Shown: positions 10,315 through 21,606, counted from the stretch's first letter. The stretch: DNA of 64,000 bases from an uncultured Nitrososphaerales archaeon (GCA_963695855.1 CAVOHZ010000003.1:160001-224000), one strand, 5' to 3'. Notes: a model not told the origin generated them from the letters alone. Translations and numbers: made by a program.

Positions 10315-11256
10315 TGTTGTACTTACTAACATGGGTTGCAATTTCATTTACCAATACAGGTAACGATTTCCAAGCTTCCCAGGAAGTATATAAAAAAGAG
10401 TTATAAACAGAACTCAATTTATTTCAAGAGAAAGAATTGAATGGATATATAGTAACTGATATCTGTAAAGATATGATACGTTTACAGATAGATTAGAAGT
10501 GATAGAACAGGTACCTAAATTATACAATAGATGATCTACTGAAATAGAATTGGGAACCACATAATATACAACCTGTAAAAGTAAAGGACCAGAAACAGAA
10601 TATACTGTTTTCACTGATCAAATGATTTGGTTGCAATTGTATAAGATCGGATTAAACTAACACTATATTAAAGATACTGAAAAGACATCGAATAACTTCC
10701 TGGAATGCAAGATCAGCAACAGAAAATCAAAAATTGAGATGTAGAAACCGATTCAGATAATACGCATAAATATTTTAGGTCCGTTTAACATGACAATTTT
10801 GCTCAAAAAACTATTTTATTAGTTGGAAGGATGACTCTTCAAGAAAGATAGCAAGTGTGGGCTATGAGAAAGAAGAGAGTAGATGTTTCAAATGTAATCG
10901 AAGACTACATTGTAAAAAATGATAAACCTGAAAAGATAACACATATAACGGTAAACAGTTTACATTCGAAAAATTCAGGCTTTTTCTGCAAAAGAAATTA
11001 TAAAGGATAAATTAATTCCAAAAGGCTCTCCGCAAATATATGGAAAGATAGAAGCATCCAACAAGATAGTTAAAAACGTATTTTTCGCAGTAAAAAATAT
11101 TCTCAATAGGAAAGAAGGAAATAAAATCTGTTTCATGTTGTTATCAATGGTCACATACCATTTGAAATGTTTCTTATGAAAGAAAGATTAAATAATTCCA
11201 ATGATAGCAAGGAAGTTAAGCAGATAAAAAGTGTCACTCATGTAGATAAGTGAATC
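10315..11256 (+). mobile_element. Degenerate IS481-like (integrase-core) element
   Basis: Broken NGKQF and PQ..GKIEASNKIVKN motifs. Imperfect terminal inverted repeats ACTTACTAACATGGGTTGCA (10321-10340) and the reverse complement of 11232-11251, 14/20 identical. Confidence 0.55.
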
Positions 11257-11925
11257 TTTTACCTGCCTATGGAAGTACAACATTTAGACAAAGGGCTATT
11301 TAATCTGGAATTTATCAAACATAGAAATTTACACAATCAATTTTATTACTTTATATCCTAATAAACTAGGACAAATCTCTGGATGACTTGTTCATTCTTA
11401 TATTGTCTAGAAAACAATTACGAAATTTTTGTAATTTACGAAATTTAAACTAACAACAAAGGCTAGAAGTATCATCAATCTCGGTTTAGCAGCCATTACT
11501 GCAAAAAACATAAAAAATAAATCGAGAATTTTGAGAATTAGAAAAACAGAATAAGAAAAATTCTAGAAATGGTTGATTAAATTGTTCTAATATTAAAGTA
11601 ATAATACTGAAAACAAACAAGGATGGATGTCATTAAATAATGCTTTAAAAGACTATATTCTTAATTCTCAAAAAATTAGCCAATAAATATCGAAATATTA
11701 GCCATAGGTATGCAACACAAATAACTACATTAAGCCAAACAATATCATAATAAAAATAACAAGGAAAAAAAGAGGAAAAATCTTATATTTACTTTTATAA
11801 GTATTTATATCTACTAACAGATTTATAAAAAAATCGAGAGAATTATCTTCGTAAATGACGTTCATTTTAATATGAATAGAATATATATTACAAAAATTAA
11901 AATTTTCTTGAACGCTTCTGAGTTT

Positions 11926-12000
11926 GCCGGAGTGGCTCAGCTTGGTTAGAGCGTTCGACTCATAATCGAAAGGTCACGGGCTCGAATCCCGTCTCCGGCA
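11926..12000 (+). tRNA. tRNA-Met(CAT), probably elongator
   Basis: GCCGGAG/CTCCGGC acceptor, TTCGA-CTCATAA-TCGAA anticodon arm, T-loop CTCGAAT, no intron. Confidence 0.93.
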
Positions 12001-12008
12001 TTTTTTTT
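12001..12008 (+). terminator. Oligo-T terminator of tRNA-Met
   Basis: T8 run immediately after the discriminator base. Confidence 0.65.
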
Positions 12009-12217
12009 AAAAAATGATATAATTTAAAAATCTCTTAATAAAGACTAAAGAATTATAAATTTCTAATAAAGAAATAAAGATAAAGTGAAATATAACACTA
12101 ATTGCAAAAGGGCAATAGGGCTGAACTCGCGTTTATTGATTCTTTCTTTGAAACTACTACAAATTTAAATCACTATTAACTATTTATTATTTATCAATAT
12201 CACCAAATAGAGAATAC

Positions 12218-12895
12218 ATGAGTGAAACAGCCAATCTTAGAACAAGTAAATTTTTGATTGTACTTATCTCTTTTATAGGCTTGACTTTTTTTGTTCATGA
12301 TGGAATAACTAATAACGTTGATAATTTAATAACCAAGATTTTTTACAATATTGGGGGACTCCATAATACCATTGATGTAATTGTAATCATCATCTCATCC
12401 CTTGGAGACCTTTTTGTAATGGTAATAGTAGGATTAATTTTAACAATAATTAGAAGAACAAGGAGAATCGGACTGCTTGTATTGATTTCAATTGTTATCC
12501 TTTCAGTTTCAACGATGTATATTAAACCGCTTGTAGGGAGATCTGCACCATTGGAACAATACGTACCTAAATTTCATGTTCCTGATAAATATACTATCGA
12601 AAAAGACAGCATGATGCCAATTTCTAGAGACCTTTCATTTCCGTCTAATCACGCAGCTCGTGCGACTGCCTTCATTTTAATATTAGGTTTCTGGTTCAAT
12701 GTTCAAGGAAAGAGGAGTATAGTTGGAAGAATATTATGGATATTTCCTCTAGCGATAGGATTCACGAGATTATACCTGCTTCAAAACTATTTGTTTGATA
12801 TAGTCGGGGGTTCGCTTTATGGGATTATAGTTGGGTTAGTATTGTGTAGATTAATAAAGGTAAACAGAATGTCAGAGATGAATAAATTTAATTAG
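12218..12895 (+). CDS. PAP2-family membrane phosphatase
   Basis: KxxxGRxxP, SFPSNH and TRLYL..Y..D motifs, with TM helices. Confidence 0.8.
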   Translation: MSETANLRTSKFLIVLISFIGLTFFVHDGITNNVDNLITKIFYNIGGLHNTIDVIVIIISSLGDLFVMVIVGLILTIIRRTRRIGLLVLISIVILSVSTMYIKPLVGRSAPLEQYVPKFHVPDKYTIEKDSMMPISRDLSFPSNHAARATAFILILGFWFNVQGKRSIVGRILWIFPLAIGFTRLYLLQNYLFDIVGGSLYGIIVGLVLCRLIKVNRMSEMNKFN

Positions 12896-12943
12896 AATTT
12901 TTTTATCTCGTTTTTTATTACACTCATTCTTCCATGAATTTAT

Positions 12944-13279
12944 TCAGAATTCATGTGTTTCGTATATTTCAGAATTCAATAATAACCATCCATAATGTTG
13001 TGGGTCGTGGATATATTTTATATCTCTTATTTTTACCTTAATCTTTCTTTTTCTCAATTCACCCAAAAAATATAATTGAATGTTCAATCCGATCTTTTTT
13101 GCATACCTATTATTTATTTCATTACGAGGGATGAGGATTCTATAACTGAATTTATGTTCTTTTGCTAATAAAATATAATCTTCTATCATGCTTTCAGTGA
13201 ATTTATTTATATCTGCTTCATGAGACATTTCTACTGTTTTATAAACAGGGAAATTTCTAAAGAAGGAAGAGTCATTCAT
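12944..13279 (-). CDS. Hypothetical protein
   Basis: 111-aa ORF co-oriented downstream of sufU. Confidence 0.65.
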   Translation of the reverse strand: MNDSSFFRNFPVYKTVEMSHEADINKFTESMIEDYILLAKEHKFSYRILIPRNEINNRYAKKIGLNIQLYFLGELRKRKIKVKIRDIKYIHDPQHYGWLLLNSEIYETHEF

Positions 13280-13327
13280 AGATCGAAAATAGATATCATT
13301 TTTGTTTGATATATTTTTATTTAGAAA

Positions 13328-13753
13328 TTAAAGATCCGAATCTTTCTCCAATTTTTGAGCTGTATTTGGTTCTTTGTCCTCATAGTATTTAACCATACCC
13401 ATCTTTAGAACCTTTAATGACAATAACGCACATTTTATTCTAGCTGGACCCAAATTTGTTAGACCAATATTTTCTAAAATATCATCTTTCGATATATCTT
13501 TCGCATTAGTTAAAGGTTTGTTAATAATCATTTCAGTCAGCATAGAAGCACTTGCTTGGCTAATTGCACACCCTCTCCCATCGAATTTTATATCTTCAAT
13601 ATTTCCATCTTTAACCTTGAGATAAATATCAATTATATCTCCACATAAAGGATTACTGTCGTGGATTACAACGTCAGCATCTTCTAGTTTTCCTTTATTT
13701 CGAGGATTTCTATAATGATCTAATATAATTTCACGATAAATATCGTCACTCAA
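13328..13753 (-). CDS. sufU: SufU/IscU-type Fe-S assembly protein
   Basis: ILDHYRNPRN, NPLCGD, GCAISQASAS, RIKCA. Confidence 0.93.
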   Translation of the reverse strand: MSDDIYREIILDHYRNPRNKGKLEDADVVIHDSNPLCGDIIDIYLKVKDGNIEDIKFDGRGCAISQASASMLTEMIINKPLTNAKDISKDDILENIGLTNLGPARIKCALLSLKVLKMGMVKYYEDKEPNTAQKLEKDSDL

Positions 13754-14991
13754 AGTCGAAACAACTTTATAGCTTTGCCTAACGCATTAATAAATATATT
13801 GATTTCCTCCTGAGTATTATAAATGTAGAAACTGGCTCTTGATGTAGCAGACACATCTAATTTTTCCATCAATATTTGGGCACAATGGTGTCCTGATCTA
13901 ATTGCAATGCCATTATCGTTCAGGATAGTTGCAAGGTCGTGTGGATGAATATCACCCAAATTAAAAGATATAATGCCACCCCTTCTTGAAAGATTATGAT
14001 CACCATATAATTTCATTCCCTTCAAACTTGCCAGACACTCGAGAGCATACTTTGTCAGCTCTAATTCGTGTCTACGGATATTATCCATACCAATCTTGTT
14101 CAAATAATCAAGAGCATGACTAAATCCTATTACATCTGCAATATTTGGGGTACCGCCCTCATATTTATAGGGTAAATCATTATACGTAGTTTCGTATTTA
14201 TGAACTTCCTTAATCATATCTCCACCGCCTATGAAAGGATTCATACACTCAAGAATCTCTTTTTTGGCATAAAGAACACCGACTCCCGTTGGTCCAAGCA
14301 TTTTGTGTCCTGAGAAAGCAAGAAATTCACAATCTAAATCTGTAACATCAGTTCTAATATGAGGAACAGACTGTGCCCCGTCTACAAAAAATGGTATTCC
14401 AAATGAATGCGCATATTTTATCATCGATTCGATCGGTAATATGTTTCCTAACGCATTAGACATATGACTTAAAGAAATCAATTTTACGTTATTCTGTTGA
14501 ATACACGATTCCAGTTTACTTAAATCTAAATTTCCGTTGTTATCTACATTCAAGTATTCGATTTTTGCTTTTTTTTCCTTACACAACATTTGCCATGGAA
14601 CTATATTACTATGATGTTCCAACTCGGATAGAATTATCGTATCACCTTTTCCGATAGCCTTTCTGCCCCAAGAATAAGCAACAAGGTTTATAGCTTCGGT
14701 GGCATTTCTAGTAAAAATTATTTCCTCACGTGAATGTGCGTTAATAAATTTACAAACTTTATCCCTGGTCATCTCATAGGCATCAGTAGCTTCTTCTGCA
14801 ATCTGGTATACTGCCCTATGAATATTAGCATTGTAGCTAGCATAATAATCAGAGATTGCATTGATTACAGAAAAAGGTTTCTGGGTAGTTGCAGCGTTAT
14901 CAAAGTACACTAATGGCTTCCCATTAATGGTACGGGACAGAATAGGAAAGTCTTTTCGAATCTCATTTACTTCTAATTGGGCTGTTTGCAT
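13750..14991 (-). CDS. sufS: Cysteine desulfurase (group II)
   Basis: YFDNAATTQKP, EHHSN, SGHKMLGPTG, RSGHHCA. Confidence 0.95.
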   Translation of the reverse strand: MQTAQLEVNEIRKDFPILSRTINGKPLVYFDNAATTQKPFSVINAISDYYASYNANIHRAVYQIAEEATDAYEMTRDKVCKFINAHSREEIIFTRNATEAINLVAYSWGRKAIGKGDTIILSELEHHSNIVPWQMLCKEKKAKIEYLNVDNNGNLDLSKLESCIQQNNVKLISLSHMSNALGNILPIESMIKYAHSFGIPFFVDGAQSVPHIRTDVTDLDCEFLAFSGHKMLGPTGVGVLYAKKEILECMNPFIGGGDMIKEVHKYETTYNDLPYKYEGGTPNIADVIGFSHALDYLNKIGMDNIRRHELELTKYALECLASLKGMKLYGDHNLSRRGGIISFNLGDIHPHDLATILNDNGIAIRSGHHCAQILMEKLDVSATSRASFYIYNTQEEINIFINALGKAIKLFRL

Positions 14992-15138
14992 AATATATGA
15001 ATATATAATAATTAATAAATATAAATTGATTGAAAAAAATTTTGAAGGAAATCATCTTTGATTTGCTAGAAAAAGTTTCTTAAGTATCAATTAGCAATTC
15101 CTTTCAAGAATTTCAAAGATGCTCCTTAAAATTCATTC

Positions 15139-15585
15139 CTATCGTCTTGCTTTTGTTGACCAAAATGTCCCTCCTGAATGTCTCCAATTTATGTAATCCT
15201 TGATAATTAATTTATGATCAAATGCGAAGTCAATATTATTGATATTATCTAATGGGATCCAGTGTAATTCTTTTGCATCGTCCCCAGCGCTTGGCTCTCC
15301 TCCATGCGTAATGGTAATGAAAACAACAGTCATCATATGTCCTCTTGGATCTCGTGTAGGAGTAGAATAAACTCCAAGAATTTCAATAGGGTGAATTTCT
15401 AGAGATGTTTCTTCGAAAACTTCTCTTATCAACGCTTCTTCTACTGTTTCACCTTCATCAACAAACCCACCAGGAAGGGCAAAAGTATCCTTATAAGGAT
15501 CATTTTTTCTTTTAATCAACAATAAAAAAGATGATTTTTGAATTATGGCATCGACTGTAGGTATAGGATTTCTATATTCTTTCAT
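15139..15585 (-). CDS. NUDIX hydrolase
   Basis: Nudix box GGFVDEGETVEEALIREVFEETSL; RDPR. Confidence 0.9.
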   Translation of the reverse strand: MKEYRNPIPTVDAIIQKSSFLLLIKRKNDPYKDTFALPGGFVDEGETVEEALIREVFEETSLEIHPIEILGVYSTPTRDPRGHMMTVVFITITHGGEPSAGDDAKELHWIPLDNINNIDFAFDHKLIIKDYINWRHSGGTFWSTKARR

Positions 15586-15645
15586 ATGACTAAATATTAA
15601 AGATTATTTTAAAAATATTATATATAATAAGTGTGAAAGACCAAT

Positions 15646-15888
15646 ATGCAACTTTTATGGAGAGAAGAATGGCTTAAGCCTTTAATAGATTATGAGATAA
15701 GTTCTGAGGAGTGTAATTTCTGCAAAAAAAAGTTCCTAGATTTTTCTTTTGTAACCTCATGTGAATTCTGTGACATTGGAATAATGCATGATCATTGTGC
15801 GAATTCACATTTAGTGGGTATTCATTACCAGGAGTTGATAAAAAAAACAAAAAGATACAAGGAAAAACAATTACATGATTTCCAATAA
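15646..15888 (+). CDS. Small Cys/His zinc-finger-like protein
   Basis: CxxC..CxxC..HxxC..H pattern; divergent from the NUDIX gene. Confidence 0.65.
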   Translation: MQLLWREEWLKPLIDYEISSEECNFCKKKFLDFSFVTSCEFCDIGIMHDHCANSHLVGIHYQELIKKTKRYKEKQLHDFQ

Positions 15889-15914
15889 TGTATAGTTAAA
15901 TTAGAAATATATTT

Positions 15915-16883
15915 TCATTCCTCATATAGCCAACATTTCACATAACCGTCCTTCCCAATTTTATAATCTGGGGGATTATTCTTACATTTTTTCATTGCAT
16001 GTTCACACTCTGAGTAATACTTACAACCATTGGAATTGATTTTACCATTCAATATAGGTAATTTACGTCCACTTGGATTTACTTTTTTAACTATAAAATC
16101 AACCTTGATATCTGGAATCGATGATATTAAAGATTTAGTGTAAGGGTGTTTTGGATTAAATATTATCTCTTTGGTAGAGTTTATTTCAACGAGTTCGCCT
16201 GCATACATGATTCCTATCTTGTCTACTAATTGAGCAATTAATGGAATATCGTGGGAAATTAATATAATACTTATCTGTTTTTCTTTTTTTAATTTTTTTA
16301 AGAGATTAATAATCTGAGCTTGAATCAACACATCCAATGCAGTAGTTGGTTCATCAGCAATAATTACCTCTGGGTCAAGCAATAAAGCCATGGCAATAAT
16401 TATCCTTTGTTTCATTCCACCACTTAATTCATGAGGATATTTATCAAGTATTGATTTATCCAACTCAAAATCTTCAAAAATTTGCAATACCTTCTCTAAA
16501 TTTTCTTTTTCCCTATGCGCTAAAAATATACCATTTATTTGAGATTTTATTTTATAAACAGGGTCCAATGAATTCATTGCACCTTGAAATATCATAGAAA
16601 TTTTTTTCCACCTTATCTTCAAACTGAAATCCTTATCAGATAATTTAGAGATATCTTCGTCATTAAAAAATATGCTACCTGATTCTATTTTACCGGGGTA
16701 ACCGATATTTTTCAATATTGCTGATGCTAAAGTACTTTTACCGCATCCTGATTCTCCTGCGATTCCAAACGATTCTCCTGCATTGAGACAAAAGGATACG
16801 TTGTCTACTGCTCTAATAGTCATATTATGTAGATAATATGAAACACTTAAATCCTTAACAACTAATCGCTTTCCGGAAGGCAG
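15915..16883 (-). CDS. Oligopeptide/dipeptide ABC transporter ATP-binding subunit (DppD/OppD-like)
   Basis: GESGCGKST, LSGGMKQR, IADEPTTALD, HPYT and C-terminal Cys cluster. Start placed at CTG 16883 so as to include LVVKDLSV; the ATG at 16823 is the alternative. Confidence 0.88.
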   Translation of the reverse strand: MPSGKRLVVKDLSVSYYLHNMTIRAVDNVSFCLNAGESFGIAGESGCGKSTLASAILKNIGYPGKIESGSIFFNDEDISKLSDKDFSLKIRWKKISMIFQGAMNSLDPVYKIKSQINGIFLAHREKENLEKVLQIFEDFELDKSILDKYPHELSGGMKQRIIIAMALLLDPEVIIADEPTTALDVLIQAQIINLLKKLKKEKQISIILISHDIPLIAQLVDKIGIMYAGELVEINSTKEIIFNPKHPYTKSLISSIPDIKVDFIVKKVNPSGRKLPILNGKINSNGCKYYSECEHAMKKCKNNPPDYKIGKDGYVKCWLYEE

Positions 16884-16979
16884 TTTATTATTTTTATCCC
16901 AAGAGATATTTTAATTTTTTTCAGAAATTTATTCTAGATATATATACTGGATAAAAAAAGAATTAAATATAAAGAAAAA

Positions 16980-17489
16980 TTGAAAACTCCTATTTGTTCT
17001 TTTGATGCTAAAACTGGTATATTGTGTTCAAAATGTGAATCGAAATTAAAATCAGGTCATCTTACAGAAGGCGATGTAGAAGCATCGATAAAATTAACGA
17101 AGTTAGCAGAAAAAAATAATACAATCGATAAATTCACGTTATCTGGAGCGTATAAGCTTGAGGAAGATTTGATAATGGTTCTTCCCAGTTCAGATATCAG
17201 TATCATCAGATCTGATGAAAATATAATGAATAAAATTAAAGAAGAATTTAAAGGAAATATGTGGATTATTGAGACAGGGGCGACTGAAAAGAGATTCATT
17301 GAGAATTTAGTATATCCTGTCAAAATAGATTCTATAAATCTAGTATGGTTACCAGATGGTAACAAACTTACAAAGATAGTGATATCGGAAAAAAAGAATA
17401 AAAATAGAATTGCAGAAGAAGTCAAGATAAAAAGAATCGCCAGCAAGATAAAGAATATTGAGCTATTAATAGAATATGTCAAGAAATAA
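16980..17489 (+). CDS. Archaeal NusA-like KH-domain protein
   Basis: N-terminal PICxxD..GILCxxC and WLPDG, typical of this archaeal family; lies upstream of aspS. Confidence 0.65.
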   Translation: MKTPICSFDAKTGILCSKCESKLKSGHLTEGDVEASIKLTKLAEKNNTIDKFTLSGAYKLEEDLIMVLPSSDISIIRSDENIMNKIKEEFKGNMWIIETGATEKRFIENLVYPVKIDSINLVWLPDGNKLTKIVISEKKNKNRIAEEVKIKRIASKIKNIELLIEYVKK

Positions 17490-17540
17490 ATTTTACTACA
17501 AGCAAAAAATGAAATAAACCATAAAAACTATTATAAAATA

Positions 17541-18833
17541 TTGAAAAAAAGAAATAAAAGAACTCATTATTCTAATCAGCTAAATGAAAAGATGTTTGGT
17601 AATATGGTGAATGTCGGAGGATGGATTGAGGACTTTCGAGATATAGGAAAAATAATTTTTTTAATAATTAGAGACATTACTGGACCGATTCAAATTGTTG
17701 TAAATTCTGATGATTTTCCAGAAATAAAAGAAATTCCTAGACAAAGTTCGGTACTTATTTCAGGAACAGTACAGAAGAGCAGGGCAAGGGAAATTAAAGT
17801 CGAAATAAAGCTCGATAAGATAATAAATATATCATATGCCCAACACCCACTTCCAATAGATCCGACAGGAAGACTAGAATCGGCTATTGATAAGAGACTG
17901 GATTCGAGAGCACTGGATTTGCGAAATATGAATGTTTCAAGGCTTTTCATTATTAGGTCAATTGCTCTAGAGATCATAAGAAAGACCTTAAGAAAAAAAG
18001 GCTTTATAGAGGTAAACACTCCAAAAATTATAGGAAGTGCAAGTGAAGGAGGAGCTAATTTATTCTCTTTTGATTATTTTAAGAAAAAAGCTTATCTCGC
18101 CCAGAGTCCTCAATTATATAAGGAACAATTAATTCTTGCCTTGGATTGTGTCTTCGAAATAGCTCCATATTTTCGAGCTGAAAATTCTAATACTGTTAGG
18201 CATCTAACCGAATTTCAAAGTGTGGATATTGAAGCAGCATTTGTTGACTACCATGATATTATGGAAATAATGGAAGAAACAATAAAAAATGTCATCAGCA
18301 AAATGAGCAAATATTATTTAATTAATTTAGAGGATAATGAAAAGATAAAAACTGCATTAGAGTCGAAATTTGAAATTTTGTCTTACAAAGAATGTGTTGC
18401 AGAACTAAGGAAGATTGGAGAGGAAATAGAATATGGAGATGACCTTTTAGATACATCATTAAGAAAATTAGGTCAACTACATCCAGGATTTTACTTCATA
18501 ACTGATTGGCCTTTGAAACTGAAACCATTTTATATTCATGAAAATGAGGACGATCCTTTTCTTTCATACTCCTTTGATTTGCAGATTGGATATTTGGAAT
18601 TGATTTCGGGTGGAACACGACAACATAATCCAGATAAAATCAAAAAGAGATTGATTGAACAAGGCCTCAATCCAGATAATTTTTCCGAACATTTGAAAAC
18701 CTTTCATTGGGGAATGCCTCCTCATTCTGGATGCGGGTTGGGTCTAGATAGGCTTATGATGGCAATTACGAATTCTACTAATGTACGAGAAGTAGTACTT
18801 TATCCAAGGGATCCGGACAGACTTAATCCTTAA
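17541..18833 (+). CDS. aspS: Aspartyl-tRNA synthetase (archaeal type)
   Basis: RTHYS, LDLR, YLAQSPQLYK, FRAE, GMPPHSGCGLGLDR, YPRDPDRL. Confidence 0.96.
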   Translation: MKKRNKRTHYSNQLNEKMFGNMVNVGGWIEDFRDIGKIIFLIIRDITGPIQIVVNSDDFPEIKEIPRQSSVLISGTVQKSRAREIKVEIKLDKIINISYAQHPLPIDPTGRLESAIDKRLDSRALDLRNMNVSRLFIIRSIALEIIRKTLRKKGFIEVNTPKIIGSASEGGANLFSFDYFKKKAYLAQSPQLYKEQLILALDCVFEIAPYFRAENSNTVRHLTEFQSVDIEAAFVDYHDIMEIMEETIKNVISKMSKYYLINLEDNEKIKTALESKFEILSYKECVAELRKIGEEIEYGDDLLDTSLRKLGQLHPGFYFITDWPLKLKPFYIHENEDDPFLSYSFDLQIGYLELISGGTRQHNPDKIKKRLIEQGLNPDNFSEHLKTFHWGMPPHSGCGLGLDRLMMAITNSTNVREVVLYPRDPDRLNP

Positions 18834-19245
18834 TTCTATTAATGAGTACTTCAATAATTTTTTTTTCTTCACTTAGCAAGAAAGCTTTAAATGAAAATTC
18901 CGTTATTGAATAAATTAGCCAAATAACTGGATTTATTTCCATATATCTTTGGTCACTTGCAGACGGATAAGGTATTGATGGATGAGAATGAAATATTGAT
19001 ATAACATCCAAATTCATTGACTTGGATTTTTCATAAAAGGTTATCAAATCTTTTGGATCTACTTCGAAAAATGTAGAAGATTTTGAGAAATTATTCGTTA
19101 TTATGATATTTTTTACAGAATAATTAGTTAAAGAATTTTTCTTGCCTAAAAGTAAAGCACACGATTCTAGTGGAATTGAATCTTTTGCCAACTTTTCTAA
19201 ATGATTTAAATTATAATCACTTATAGAAAGAATTATTGAGTCCAT
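18823..19245 (-). CDS. JAMM/MPN+ metalloprotease (desampylase-like)
   Basis: ESCALLLG and HSHP....PS..D JAMM motif. Confidence 0.88.
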   Translation of the reverse strand: MDSIILSISDYNLNHLEKLAKDSIPLESCALLLGKKNSLTNYSVKNIIITNNFSKSSTFFEVDPKDLITFYEKSKSMNLDVISIFHSHPSIPYPSASDQRYMEINPVIWLIYSITEFSFKAFLLSEEKKIIEVLINRIKD

Positions 19246-19564
19246 AATGACAATTTAAATAAAACAAAATAAATTTTTTTGTTAAATAAATAGGAATATT
19301 CAGAAGAATTTACTTATCATTTTTTTCGTCAACTCAAATTTTTATTTAAAAAAACATATAGAGCGATATTCTGTAATGAACGGGGATTCTAGATATCCTT
19401 AGAGACATCAGTTTCACAATACTTGTTGTCATAGCTATATGTTTTTACTCTCTATGTAAGTATGTAATTTCCTATGACAAGTACAAACTAGACTATATAT
19501 CATACAATTTAAATATGTGACTGTAACATTTATACCTGAAACCAATTTTCTTGATCTCATAGAT

Positions 19565-20601
19565 TAGATCTATTGCATAATTAGAAAGCTTACAGCTATA
19601 TTCCTCATTTCTATACTAATTTCTCATAAATTTGCTCAATTATGATAGTTTATCTAAAAAACCGTTATTGTTTAGATCCTTTACAGGATTGGAATTATCT
19701 GAGTTTGATTCTATTTGTAAGCAAGTAGAATCAAAATATCCAAAATATGAGATAAAACGTCTATCAAAAAGAAAGAGAAAAAGAAATTTAGGAGCTGGAA
19801 GACATTTCAAACATACAACAAGAGATAGATTTGTTATGCTTCTTGTGTACTATAAACTATACATAACCAATGCATTAACAGGATTTTTGTTTGATCTGGA
19901 TCAGAGCAATGTACATAGAGATGTAAGATATATGGAACCTATAGTAAAAAGTTGTATTCCACTACCTCAAAAAATATACAACGTAACAAGAAGATTAAGA
20001 ACAGTAGATGAAGTAGAACTGTATTTTCCAGGATTTAAAGCATTTATAGATTCAACAGAACAGGAAATTCCAGTACCTACAGACAAAACAAGAAGAAAAG
20101 AGTACTATTCTGGAAAAAAGAAAAAACATACTGTAAAGACACAGTATATGGTAAACAAAAAAGGAGAAATATTACATAAATCAAACCATGAAGAAGGAAG
20201 AGAGCATGACTATACAGTATACAAAGATGTTCATCCGACAACACCAAAAGATGTAAAAAACTATTTTGATCTTGGTTATATTGGAGTAGAAAAAGATTTT
20301 CCAGATATCAAAGCAGTATTACCTGTAAAGAAGAAACGTAATATTGACCTTACAGAAAAAGAGAAAATGTACAACAAAAGACATCGTAGACAGAGAGTAA
20401 TAGTAGAACATACTATATGTAGAATAAAGAAATTTAGTATTATGGGAAACAAATACAGAAACAGATTGAAAAGATACGATACAATGTCAGATATTGTTTC
20501 TGGTTTAGTAAATTATCGAATAATACACAACAGAAGATGATAGCAATATAAGGCATCATCAAGATATATAATAGATTTTATCTAATTACGCAAACGATCT
20601 A
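19565..20601 (+). mobile_element. IS5-superfamily (ISL2-like) insertion sequence, apparently intact
   Basis: Inverted repeats TAGATCTATTGCATAATTAGA (19565-19585) and the reverse complement of 20581-20601, 18/21 identical. The outer TA is probably the target duplication. Encloses an intact transposase. Confidence 0.88.
19632..20540 (+). CDS. DDE transposase (HTH_Tnp_4 plus DDE_Tnp_4 type)
   Basis: FRSFTGL, IDSTEQ, YSGKKKKH, HD, DLGY, RVIVEH. Confidence 0.9.
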   Translation: MLNYDSLSKKPLLFRSFTGLELSEFDSICKQVESKYPKYEIKRLSKRKRKRNLGAGRHFKHTTRDRFVMLLVYYKLYITNALTGFLFDLDQSNVHRDVRYMEPIVKSCIPLPQKIYNVTRRLRTVDEVELYFPGFKAFIDSTEQEIPVPTDKTRRKEYYSGKKKKHTVKTQYMVNKKGEILHKSNHEEGREHDYTVYKDVHPTTPKDVKNYFDLGYIGVEKDFPDIKAVLPVKKKRNIDLTEKEKMYNKRHRRQRVIVEHTICRIKKFSIMGNKYRNRLKRYDTMSDIVSGLVNYRIIHNRR

Positions 20602-20697
20602 TTGTATATTTTTGTATTATACTCTGTTAGCACAATTTTAATATAATAAAATATGTCTTATCTATGTTCAATACCTCGCTTCACCTTAAGAAATTAA

Positions 20698-21606
20698 GAG
20701 CCTATCCCAAAAATAGATAGGAATATGACTCGTTGGTTTCCTATCATATATGATAATGTTTGAGTAAGAATAAAAAGTATGTTAGAACAATTATACGTAT
20801 TCCAGACGATCTTTGGAATGAAATTAAAAATATTTTATCAGACGAGAAAGCAGAGAATACAATAGGCCGTCCAATTGTTCCTTATAGAAAAGTACTTGAT
20901 GGGATCATGTTTATCCTCCTGAGGACTGGATGTCAATGGAAAATGTTACCCAAACAAAGAATATGGTTCTGGTTCTACCTGTCATAGAAGATTTCAAGAA
21001 TGGAGAGAATCAGGTATATTTGATAAATTATGGAGCAGATTATTAAAAATATACGATAACAAGAGAGGAATCAAATGGACATGGCAATCACTCGATAGCA
21101 TATCCGTAAAATCACCTTTAGGGGAGCGATGACCGGAAATAATCCTACTGCTAATAGAAGCAAATTAGGGACGAAAAGACATATTCTAACAGATAAAGAT
21201 GGCATTCCCCTTTCAACTGTTATAACATCTGCATATACTCACAATGATGTTACTGTTGCAATTGAAACAGTTGACAGTATGGTTATCAAAAGATTATCAT
21301 CATCCAAACCAAAGCATAAACAGAAACAGAATCTATGTCTTGACAAAGCATATCATTCCAAAAATGTAGAACAAGAAATCATCAAGAGAGGATACATTCC
21401 ACCTATCCGACACAGAAGAGAAGAAAAGATATTTTGTAGAAAACATCCATTAAGACGATGGGTTGTAGAGAGAACAAATTCATGGCACAATAGATTCAGG
21501 AAATTATTTACAAGGTATGAAAAGAAGGATGATGAGAACTATCTTGGTCTTGTGCAATTAGCTAATAGCATTATTGTTTATACGAGGATAATTTTGGGAT
21601 AGGCTC
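20698..21606 (+). mobile_element. IS5-family (IS427-group-like) element with disrupted transposase
   Basis: Perfect 15-bp TIR GAGCCTATCCCAAAA (20698-20712 and 21592-21606), flanked by TAA on both sides. Confidence 0.9.
20760..21602 (+). pseudogene. IS5 transposase in three frames
   Basis: LRTGCQWKMLP, then a CAAA duplication (20951-20958); YGSGSTCHRRFQEW..SLDS in a second frame; after TTAGGGGAG (~21118-21126), GTKRH, LDKAY and RWVVERT in a third frame. Confidence 0.8.

Noticed and set aside
10414-10614. 66-aa minus-strand ORF
   Set aside because: Lies antisense within the IS481-like remnant.
19420-19482. Inverted repeat TACTTG(TTG)TCATAG / CTATGACAAGTA as a MITE
   Set aside because: Short and imperfect, with no target duplication and no second copy noticed.
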